From an uncultured Thermococci archaeon (GTDB lineage: Archaea; CAYQAE01; CAYVLA01), in assembly GCA_964549615.1 (NCBI GenBank), contig CAZJVP010000021.1, forward strand, positions 1-14,719: 14,719 nucleotides of DNA. The letters run 5' to 3'. Positions within the stretch are counted from its first letter, which is position 1. Each line of letters starts with the position of its first letter. Positions 7,650 through 14,606 of this stretch are shown one piece after another. Below the pieces are notes generated by a model. The model saw only the letters and a list, made by a program, of their open reading frames with translations. It did not search any database and was not told the origin of the DNA. A program made the position numbers and the translations under genes.

Positions 7650-8696
7650 TCATGCCAATCGAAGGTACTTGACGGAGATCACTCTAATATAGTCAGCGGT
7701 GTTTTCGCAGGCATCCGCGAGGTCCTCAAGCCTCATAATGACCTCATTGACCACGAAAAATGAGGCCGCATCCAGCAGCTGCGACTCTCTGAGCAATCGC
7801 TTCACAAGGTTTCTACGGAGACCGTCCACATGGTCCTCCAGCTGGGATACCAGGTCGGACAGATCCTCGGCCGCGACAAGATCGGTGTTGAGTTGCGTAA
7901 CCGCTGCGGATAGTGTTTCCACCGTCTCGGCGACCGCCTCTGCCAGTTCCCGTAGGCCTGGAACCACTGCGCTTGGGAAGTGGTACTCCTCTGCAAGCTC
8001 GAGTCTGTAGGCGAGGGCCTTCGCCGCCGTGCCGATGTGTCTTATGTGGTAGACAAGGTTCAGCAAATCGGCCCTGTCCTCGGGCAGGAGTTGCGACTTG
8101 GTTATCACCTCCAGAGCCCGGACGGCCAGCGCATCGGCCTCGTTCTCCAGCTTAATCGTGCGGGATGCTTCCTCCTCCATGGTAGCAAGGTCACCCTTGA
8201 GGAAGTCTTGCACGGCCCTGTGCATGACGCGGACGACCTCCAGAGTCCGTTGCATGCGCTGGCTCACGAGCTCGTAGACGTCCCTTTGCGTCTTCTCTCC
8301 AAGCCATGCTCGACCACGGACTCGGGCTTTCAGCAGCTTCTCCCTCTTTTCCGCGATCGCGTGGGTCTCGTAGTCATCCTTTGCCGTTTCGGGACACATC
8401 CTGACACCGCTGTAATACCCTGCTCTTCCGATGGCATGCGAGCTTATCGGTGCGGTGAGGAATAGGAAGATGACCGACAGTAATATCTTTGCCCCTGAAG
8501 CGACGCTGGGGCCCATGAGCAAGGAGCCCACCGCGACTCCGCCGATGCCCAGTGTAACCACCTTCGAACTGGCATGTAGCCTCGTATACAGATCGGGAAA
8601 CCGGATAATCCCCAAGCTTCCGGCGAAGGTGAAAAAGCATCCTAGGAGAATCAGCGCCACGCCCGCGGCGTCTAGCAATAGGCTGGCCAAGCTCAT
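7650..8696 (-). CDS. mrpG: Mrp/Mnh subunit G fused to a C-terminal DUF47/PhoU-like domain
   Basis: aa 1-110 are MrpG (GIIRFPDLYTRLHASSK, LTAPISSHAIGRA). aa about 131-348 form a two-repeat helical DUF47-type domain (LENEAD...PEDRADLLNL; LEDHVD...LEDLADACENTAD). Single 348-aa ORF with ATGA overlap with mrpF. Confidence 0.88.
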   Translation of the reverse strand: MSLASLLLDAAGVALILLGCFFTFAGSLGIIRFPDLYTRLHASSKVVTLGIGGVAVGSLLMGPSVASGAKILLSVIFLFLTAPISSHAIGRAGYYSGVRMCPETAKDDYETHAIAEKREKLLKARVRGRAWLGEKTQRDVYELVSQRMQRTLEVVRVMHRAVQDFLKGDLATMEEEASRTIKLENEADALAVRALEVITKSQLLPEDRADLLNLVYHIRHIGTAAKALAYRLELAEEYHFPSAVVPGLRELAEAVAETVETLSAAVTQLNTDLVAAEDLSDLVSQLEDHVDGLRRNLVKRLLRESQLLDAASFFVVNEVIMRLEDLADACENTADYIRVISVKYLRLA

Positions 8697-8953
8697 TCCA
8701 GCTCTCCCTCCAAGAACCTCGCGATGAGTAGGACGGCCACGAAGGAGACGAGGGTCAGAGGCACGAGGGCCTCGAGAAACACAGGGTCTTGCCTCATCCC
8801 AAGAATGATGAAGATTGCTATTGAGATGGAATTGATGGTCCCATATGCCATGAGTTGATCGGCCGCCGAGGGACCTCTAGCCAACCTGATGATGCAGAGG
8901 GAGACCGATATGAACAGAACTGCGAGGCAGATCCACGCCACTAGGTCGATCAA
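8693..8953 (-). CDS. mrpF: Mrp/Mnh subunit F
   Basis: 86 aa, 3 TM, RLARGPSAAD and SFVAVLLIARFLE; lies between E and G; TTG start overlaps the mrpE stop. Confidence 0.87.
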   Translation of the reverse strand: MIDLVAWICLAVLFISVSLCIIRLARGPSAADQLMAYGTINSISIAIFIILGMRQDPVFLEALVPLTLVSFVAVLLIARFLEGELE

Positions 8954-9450
8954 CCGAACACCCTCGAAAGGATGCGCTCGTATCTGCCAGCTATCATGCG
9001 TTTCACCTCGTCCAGAGATTCCGACCTTATCGTTATCCAGTGAACGTACATAGTCTTCGATCTCTCATCTAGATCCAGGAAGAAGGTGCCTGGGGTCAAG
9101 GTGATGGAGTTGGCCAGAAGGGTCAGCTCCCATCGCTTTGAGAGATGGGTCTTTATCCCGACGACCCCGGGTCTTATCGCCAGTTCTCGCTTGAGGACGA
9201 TCCCTGTGACGAAGACTCCTGCCTTTACGACCTCCTTTATCAGGACCAGAAGATACAGCAACATGAACCCCCATCTCCTCGGGTCCAGCATCTTTCTTGC
9301 CGGTCCTTCGAATGCATAGGTTCCGAAGAACCAGCCGAGGGGCACACAGATCATGAGCCCGGCGAGGAGGAAGTCCACATCCGTTGTTGGCGCTAGCAAT
9401 GCCCAGACCGCGTAGGACAAGGCCCCACAAGCAAGACATCTGCCTTTCAT
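8950..9450 (-). CDS. mrpE: Mrp/Mnh subunit E
   Basis: 166 aa with IRPGVVGIKT, LLANSITLTPGT, MYVHWI and YERILSRVF motifs. Confidence 0.93.
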   Translation of the reverse strand: MKGRCLACGALSYAVWALLAPTTDVDFLLAGLMICVPLGWFFGTYAFEGPARKMLDPRRWGFMLLYLLVLIKEVVKAGVFVTGIVLKRELAIRPGVVGIKTHLSKRWELTLLANSITLTPGTFFLDLDERSKTMYVHWITIRSESLDEVKRMIAGRYERILSRVFG

Positions 9451-10914
9451 TCAGATCCCCAACATCGCGGTGATTGCGACCAGCCTGTCCATCATCTGGG
9501 CAGCGACCGTCTTCGATGCCCCGAGTATGGCCCATCCGGCCATGCCCAATGCAATACAACCGAGGGTCAGGATCGATGTTGGCACCTTCATTAATATTGG
9601 TAGATCGGCCGGCGAAATGAAGGCTGGCTCCGAAGAAATCATGCTCTGAATGACGCGTAGGTATGCGGCTGCGGTGATCAAGATTGCGACCGCCAAGACG
9701 ACCAGTGCGATCGAGTTGGTCTCAATAAGCCCCAAGAACAGGTAGACCTTGCTCAGGAATCCCAATGATGGACCGCCGATGTCCGCAACTGAACCGACGA
9801 CGAATGCGATGCAGATGCCTGGCATCAGGGTCCAGGCTCCCTTCATCTTCCCGAACTCCCTCCTGGAAAAGGAGTGGACGAGGCAACCAGCAGACATGAA
9901 GAGCAAGGCCTTCGCCGTGGCATGGTTCATGATACTGAGAACGAGGGATTGGAAGCCTACCATGCTCTGCATGCTCAGCAGGACGACTGAGAACCCGTTG
10001 CTGCTTATCGTCGTGTAAGCAAGAAGCCTCTTGATGTCGGTCTGGCATAAGGCCAATATCGATCCGAAGAGGGCAGTGGCAAGCCCCAGCCAGGGAAGGA
10101 GCGCGGCCGCCCTGAATGACTCAAGTCCCACCGATTGGTGTAGGATCCGGATCATGGCATAAATACCGACCTTCCCCGATGCTCCCGACAAAAGCGCGCT
10201 TACGGCCGTTGGAGCACTCCAGTAGGCATCAGGCACCCAGGTGTGAAGCGGGAATATGGCTGACGTCATCCCAATGCCAATGAGGACCATAAGCATGGCG
10301 AACTCGAGGGCTGCGTCTGCCCCCTGCTGTCTAAGGAACATGCCGATGGCGCCGAGGTTGAGGCTTCCGACCCGATCATAGATCATCACGATGCCGACGA
10401 GGAAGAACAGGCCCGAGAGGGTACTCAATATGACATACTTGATGGACGCCTCAATCTCCTCCGACCCACCCAGAAACGCGACCAGTACACAAGTCGAGAT
10501 GGCACTCAGTTCCATGAACACGAAAAGGTTGAAGAGATCCGTGGCCATAGCTACTCCATTCATGCCCGCTACGAGGAAGTACACGGCCGAGTGGAGCTTG
10601 GATAGGGCTCTTCCCCGCGCTTCGTCGATGCTGAAGACCAGGGCCAGTAACGCAAGGGAAAGGATGATCAGCATTACCAAGCTCCCCATAGCGTCGGAGA
10701 TGAGACCGAGCCCCAAGCCGACCTGCCAGTTGCCTATGCGGTGGATCAACACCTCGCCTTTCCAGGTCTCTCTGAGAATGAACAAGCTGCTTGCACCCAT
10801 CGAGCAACCGACGCCGGCAAGCAAGCAAAGGAGTGCGCGTCTTGAACTCCCAGTGAGTAGACTGACGAGTCCGCCCGTCAGAGGTATGACTATCATGAGG
10901 GGCAGTGCGATCAA
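9451..10914 (-). CDS. mrpD: Mrp/Mnh subunit D (antiporter-like, NuoN/M homolog)
   Basis: 487 aa with IGNW, DLFNLFVFMEL (TM5 Glu), EASIKY, PLHTWVPDAY..AP..SALLSG...KVGIYAMIR, DIKRLLAY, NHATAKALLF and GFLSK. TTG start overlaps the mrpC stop. Confidence 0.92.
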   Translation of the reverse strand: MIALPLMIVIPLTGGLVSLLTGSSRRALLCLLAGVGCSMGASSLFILRETWKGEVLIHRIGNWQVGLGLGLISDAMGSLVMLIILSLALLALVFSIDEARGRALSKLHSAVYFLVAGMNGVAMATDLFNLFVFMELSAISTCVLVAFLGGSEEIEASIKYVILSTLSGLFFLVGIVMIYDRVGSLNLGAIGMFLRQQGADAALEFAMLMVLIGIGMTSAIFPLHTWVPDAYWSAPTAVSALLSGASGKVGIYAMIRILHQSVGLESFRAAALLPWLGLATALFGSILALCQTDIKRLLAYTTISSNGFSVVLLSMQSMVGFQSLVLSIMNHATAKALLFMSAGCLVHSFSRREFGKMKGAWTLMPGICIAFVVGSVADIGGPSLGFLSKVYLFLGLIETNSIALVVLAVAILITAAAYLRVIQSMISSEPAFISPADLPILMKVPTSILTLGCIALGMAGWAILGASKTVAAQMMDRLVAITAMLGI

Positions 10915-11252
10915 CCCTGAAGTCTCCTTAGTGCCCTCGTGTCCGTGTCTCCCGTCGCGTTGAAAACCCTCATCGCAAGAGACAGCATAAACATCGTCAA
11001 GCCGAATTCGATGACGATGGCCGTGAGAACGAAGGCCTGAAGCAGGGGATCCACCACCGTTGCTCCGAGAGGCGGAACCGGAGCGCTTGCGCCTCGAACG
11101 TAGCCGAGTTGGACGAATAGCAGATTCACCCCACAGCCTGAGATCGAAAGACCGAAGATGATCTTGATCAGATCTCTGTTGGACAGCACGCAGTAGACGC
11201 CGATCATGACGAGGAGGAAGGATAGCACGTACGGTAGGGTTGATAGGTCCAT
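10911..11252 (-). CDS. mrpC: Mrp/Mnh subunit C (NuoK homolog)
   Basis: 113 aa from ATG 11252 (GGAGGAG 8 nt upstream): IGVYCVLSNRDLIKIIFGL, GVNLL, DPLLQAFVLTAIVI, RRLQG. The track's 253-aa ORF is over-extended. Confidence 0.9.
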   Translation of the reverse strand: MDLSTLPYVLSFLLVMIGVYCVLSNRDLIKIIFGLSISGCGVNLLFVQLGYVRGASAPVPPLGATVVDPLLQAFVLTAIVIEFGLTMFMLSLAMRVFNATGDTDTRALRRLQG

Positions 11253-11254
11253 CG

Positions 11255-11668
11255 TCAAGACTCCTCCGTTATGCCGAGCATCTCTCCTAGGGCAATGATC
11301 ATCTCGCTCCCGACGAGGGCACCAATGACGAGTCCGAGAAACACGAGACCCGGGGAGGCAAGAAGCGTTCCTGCGCCCGCCAGCATTGCCGTCTCTAGGA
11401 AGCGTCCCGTGACCGCTAGGGTGACGCAGGACGCGGCGGTCAACAGCCCAAAGGCCAAGTTCCTCACACTTACGACCCATCGCACTCTGGTGAAGAAACC
11501 GATTCCCTTCTCCTCCGCCACAATCATAAGGCAGACGGCCACTCCAGCAACGACTCCCCCAGCAAAGGCCCCGCCTGGGGACTGGACCCCGGTGACAACC
11601 AAGTAACACGCGTAAACCATGATCAAGGGGCTCAGAAGCTTGCAGACAGTCCTGACGGGCAGGGACAA
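11255..11668 (-). CDS. mrpB: Mrp/Mnh subunit B (MbhF-like)
   Basis: 137 aa hydrophobic protein with SPGGAFAGG (PGGGF-type motif). TTG start 8 nt after GGAGG. Confidence 0.85.
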   Translation of the reverse strand: MSLPVRTVCKLLSPLIMVYACYLVVTGVQSPGGAFAGGVVAGVAVCLMIVAEEKGIGFFTRVRWVVSVRNLAFGLLTAASCVTLAVTGRFLETAMLAGAGTLLASPGLVFLGLVIGALVGSEMIIALGEMLGITEES

Positions 11669-12193
11669 TCATGTTGCCTCCTTCACTTTCTTCGTGACAA
11701 CAGCGATACCGAGGATGGAGACGAACAGCACGCAGACCTCGCCGAGGGTATCGTAGGCCCGGAATCCAAGCAGGATGGCCGTGACAAGGTTGCTGCTTCC
11801 CGTCTCCGACCTTCCCGAATCAGCATACTTGCTCACGAGTTCAGGCGCCTCTCCACCGAAAGGTGACAGGGCCGGAGCCACGAAAGCTGCAAAGATCAAC
11901 AGGGCTAATGCCAGGGACAGCGCAACTAGCATCCTTATGCGACGTGGTTCTACCGCCACGGCAACCCTGTGGGTCTTGGCGACGACGAGGACAAGGATGC
12001 AGGTCTTGATGACCTCCGTGACCATCTGGACAACGCCGAGATCAGGTGCCCGGAGGGCGAAGTAGCTGCAGGAGATGAAGAAGCCAACGGCTCCTAGGCA
12101 TACCGCAGACGACAGAAGGTCCTTGAGACGGAGGACTAGGACGGAGCAGGCGATAGCAGATGCGAGGGCGAAGAGGTGAAAGAGTTCAATCAA
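11669..12193 (-). CDS. MrpA C-terminal module as a separate gene (DUF4040/MbhD + MbhE-like), 174 aa
   Basis: LKDLLSSAV, LRAPDLGVVQMVTE and NLVTAILLGFRAYDTLGE motifs. Start reassigned to TTG 12193 (TTGA overlap, GGAGGTG upstream) rather than ATG 12289. Confidence 0.85.
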   Translation of the reverse strand: MIELFHLFALASAIACSVLVLRLKDLLSSAVCLGAVGFFISCSYFALRAPDLGVVQMVTEVIKTCILVLVVAKTHRVAVAVEPRRIRMLVALSLALALLIFAAFVAPALSPFGGEAPELVSKYADSGRSETGSSNLVTAILLGFRAYDTLGEVCVLFVSILGIAVVTKKVKEAT

Positions 12194-13947
12194 CCCGCGC
12201 CACCTCCAAGAACGAAGAGCATGCCGCCAACCCAGAGGGCAAGAACGTATGCGACGTAGTCCCGAGTGTTTCCAGAGGCCATCATACATAGGAGGCCGGC
12301 CGCTCGTAGTACAAGGCCCGCCATGCCCTCGAAGAGCCGGTCAAAAAACATCTCCTCCCGGGCCAGCAGCACTATTCCTCCGAAAACGCCCTTGGAGCAG
12401 AGTGCGTAGGCTTCCCGTCTTTTCACCCACACGCCCAGCGCCAGCATCGATGCCAGGTACCCGAGAGTGGTTGTCCATGCTGGCTCCAGGGCCGACGGGA
12501 CGGGAGTGGTCTCGCCGGCCGGGTGGAGGGCAGAATCGATGGTCCTGATCACCCCGGGATGAAGAAACCCAAGTGCCAGACACAGAACTGCCAGGATTGC
12601 GCACGCGGCGATCACGGCCCGGCCAGCCTTCCGATCGCCCTCCCGACGACCACTGCCCCAGAAGAGGTACCAGCCCAGCCTCATGAAGGAGAGGAGAGTC
12701 AGCACCCCGACGAAAATCGACAGACCAGCCAGGGCCGGGAACCGTGCTGCCACGGCCTTTGCGACTATCGACTTGCTGTAGAACCCATTGAAAGGAGGGA
12801 TTCCAGACACGGATAGCAAGCCGACGGCGTAGAAAGGCAAGATCGCCCGGGCATGCCCGCCGATTCTGGAGCGTGCAAGCGCCAGGTCTCTCGTTCCCGC
12901 GGACGACATCGCCCACCCAGCAGACAAGAAGAGAAGTGCCTTGAAGAGACTGTGATTCAGCAAATGCATGGTTGCGCCCGTCGCTCCCTGTGGGGTTCCA
13001 AGGCCAAGCCCCATGAAGATCAAGCCGACCTGGGAAATTGTGCTCATAGCAATGAGCCGCTTCCCGTCCATCTGAAAGAGGGCAAGGAAGACCCCAACGT
13101 AGGCGGTGACCAGTCCGAGGGGCACCACGAAATTGGAGAAGGCTTCCGGCACGGAGCCGAGGATGTGGAAGAACCTGATCATTCCGTATACGCCGGTCTT
13201 GACCACGATGCCGGATAGGAGGGCGCTTATGGGAGTCGGGCTTTCGGAGTGGGCATCCGGAAGCCATATGTGGAAGGGCACAACCGCAGCATCGATGCCA
13301 AAACCGAGGAAGGCGATGGCGGTGAAGACGATGCGAGCAATGGAAGAGCGGAACCCGATCAGGCCGCCCTCAGCCATGTCAGAGGTTCCCGTTTCCGCGA
13401 GGGCTATTGCCACCGATACGATCAGCAGGACGGCCGCTCCCTGGGCCATGATGAAGTACTTCCTGCCCGCTGCCCCGGCGGAGGATTCTCCGGAGTGAAC
13501 AATGAGCATGTAGGAGATAACCACCATCAGCTCCCAGAAGAACATGAGAAGCACCATGTCGGATGAAAGGAATATGCCGTTAAGGGCCGAGCAAAGGACC
13601 AGAATTGAGCAGAAGTACCTGCCTGGATGCATGCCTGCATCCGGATAGGAACCGGACACGATAGAGGACACCAAGCAGAGGAATGAGCTGAGGAGAGCAA
13701 GGATGACGCCTAAAGCGTCGGCATTGAGACGCAGTGCTGGCGACCCGTTCGTGGCCAGCGCAACCCGAATGGGGCCCTGATCCAGAACCCTGAGGCAAAG
13801 ACATAGAGCCGTTACGGTCGTGACCGCAAGAAACGCGGCGGCCAAAGGAAGGACGGATCGGCGAGCCACCCTGGAGGCACCGGCAGCTATCAAGGACCCG
13901 ACCGATGGCAAGCTCACCAGAAGAATCGGAAGGACAGTCCACTCCAC
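12190..13947 (-). CDS. MrpA N-terminal / NuoL-like antiporter subunit
   Basis: 585 aa with FFWELM (TM5 Glu), AGRKY, PFHIWLPDAHSESPTPISALLSGIVVKTGVYG, NHSLFKALLFL, GIPPFNGFYSK, and a lateral-helix-type tail (FFDRLF...SGNTRDY). GTG start with GAGGA upstream. Confidence 0.9.
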   Translation of the reverse strand: MEWTVLPILLVSLPSVGSLIAAGASRVARRSVLPLAAAFLAVTTVTALCLCLRVLDQGPIRVALATNGSPALRLNADALGVILALLSSFLCLVSSIVSGSYPDAGMHPGRYFCSILVLCSALNGIFLSSDMVLLMFFWELMVVISYMLIVHSGESSAGAAGRKYFIMAQGAAVLLIVSVAIALAETGTSDMAEGGLIGFRSSIARIVFTAIAFLGFGIDAAVVPFHIWLPDAHSESPTPISALLSGIVVKTGVYGMIRFFHILGSVPEAFSNFVVPLGLVTAYVGVFLALFQMDGKRLIAMSTISQVGLIFMGLGLGTPQGATGATMHLLNHSLFKALLFLSAGWAMSSAGTRDLALARSRIGGHARAILPFYAVGLLSVSGIPPFNGFYSKSIVAKAVAARFPALAGLSIFVGVLTLLSFMRLGWYLFWGSGRREGDRKAGRAVIAACAILAVLCLALGFLHPGVIRTIDSALHPAGETTPVPSALEPAWTTTLGYLASMLALGVWVKRREAYALCSKGVFGGIVLLAREEMFFDRLFEGMAGLVLRAAGLLCMMASGNTRDYVAYVLALWVGGMLFVLGGGAG

Positions 13948-13988
13948 GGGGGTTTCCTCGCGGGGTGCTGGGTCGGCGGATGCTTTCC

Positions 13989-14002
13989 TGATAAATCTAT
14001 GG
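13989..14002 (-). promoter_or_regulatory. putative TATA element of the mrp operon
   Basis: Minus strand CCATAGATTTATCA with TTTATC at 13995-13990, about 45 nt upstream of GTG 13947. Confidence 0.4.
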
Positions 14003-14012
14003 TCTGTCCCTA

Positions 14013-14337
14013 TGCCTGTGCGTGTTAGGTAAAGGGACGTATGTTACGCTTTTCCGCCTTCCCGCTCCGGCGGCCTTCCACCGAGCAATCAAGTTTGGTA
14101 TGCCCATCGATGCACAGGACTTCGAACAAGACATTCGGGAGGCGGGTTGAGTCCTTTCTCTCCTCCGGGGAGGAAAAAACCTCAGGAGGCCAGTCCACCC
14201 ATTCGAGACACTTGCTCACGGGCCGGGGGCCGTCACTTCCCCTAACTCCTCGGACTCAGGCACGGAGAGTGCTCTGCAGAGTGTAACATGTGTGGGTCTA
14301 CCCAACGGGTCTGTGCCTGTGCGTGTGTGCGCGCGTG
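14013..14337. repeat. 13-bp direct repeat pair with an alternating purine-pyrimidine tract
   Basis: TGCCTGTGCGTGT at 14013-14025 and 14314-14326, each with GGTCTGT just upstream. 14318-14337 TGTGCGTGTGTGCGCGCGTG is strictly alternating. Confidence 0.6.
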
Positions 14338-14487
14338 ACGGGTCGAAGGCCTTTGAGGCAGAGCCCTAAGCAAGAGATCTTTCTGCTCGTCGGAGCTTCA
14401 GCCGCAGCCCTTGTCGAGATTTCGGCTCGACCTTCAGCAGCCCCACCAGTCTTTCCTCCTTCCACACCCCAAGAAAACCCGCTCCGT

Positions 14488-14508
14488 ACCGTAGACCGTA
14501 GACCGTAG
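14488..14508 (+). repeat. perfect heptamer tandem repeat (ACCGTAG)x3
   Basis: ACCGTAG ACCGTAG ACCGTAG, preceded by a partial CCGT. Confidence 0.9.
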
Positions 14509-14509
14509 G

Positions 14510-14524
14510 CGAAAAAGACTTAAG
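14510..14524 (+). promoter_or_regulatory. BRE/TATA promoter of alba
   Basis: CGAAAAAGA followed by CTTAAG (14519-14524); GGAGGT RBS at 14595-14600 before ATG 14607. Confidence 0.6.
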
Positions 14525-14606
14525 TTCGTAGTTTCAACCGCTGGTTGCCGGATGGTTTCCGGACGATGCATCGGTACAGACAAGTATACAGAACGGAGGT
14601 AGCAGC

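Noticed and set aside
10911-11672. 253-aa ORF overlapping mrpB and in frame with mrpC (possible overprinted extension)
   Set aside because: The first 140 aa are an Arg/Cys/Gly-rich alternative frame of mrpB; mrpC has its own well-spaced RBS and ATG at 11252.
12341-13267. 308-aa alternative-frame ORF inside the MrpA-like gene
   Set aside because: Shadow frame expected from high GC3; no motifs.
7650-13947. Operon as a membrane-bound hydrogenase (Mbh/Mbs/Eha/Ehr) or complex I
   Set aside because: No NiFe large or small subunit, ferredoxin-like or NuoH-like gene is present, and both operon ends are visible. A partner module encoded elsewhere cannot be excluded.
13948-14606. tRNA, CRISPR array or small CDS in the long divergent spacer
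   Set aside because: No cloverleaf with T-loop, no repeat-spacer periodicity, and the short ORFs have no family signal.
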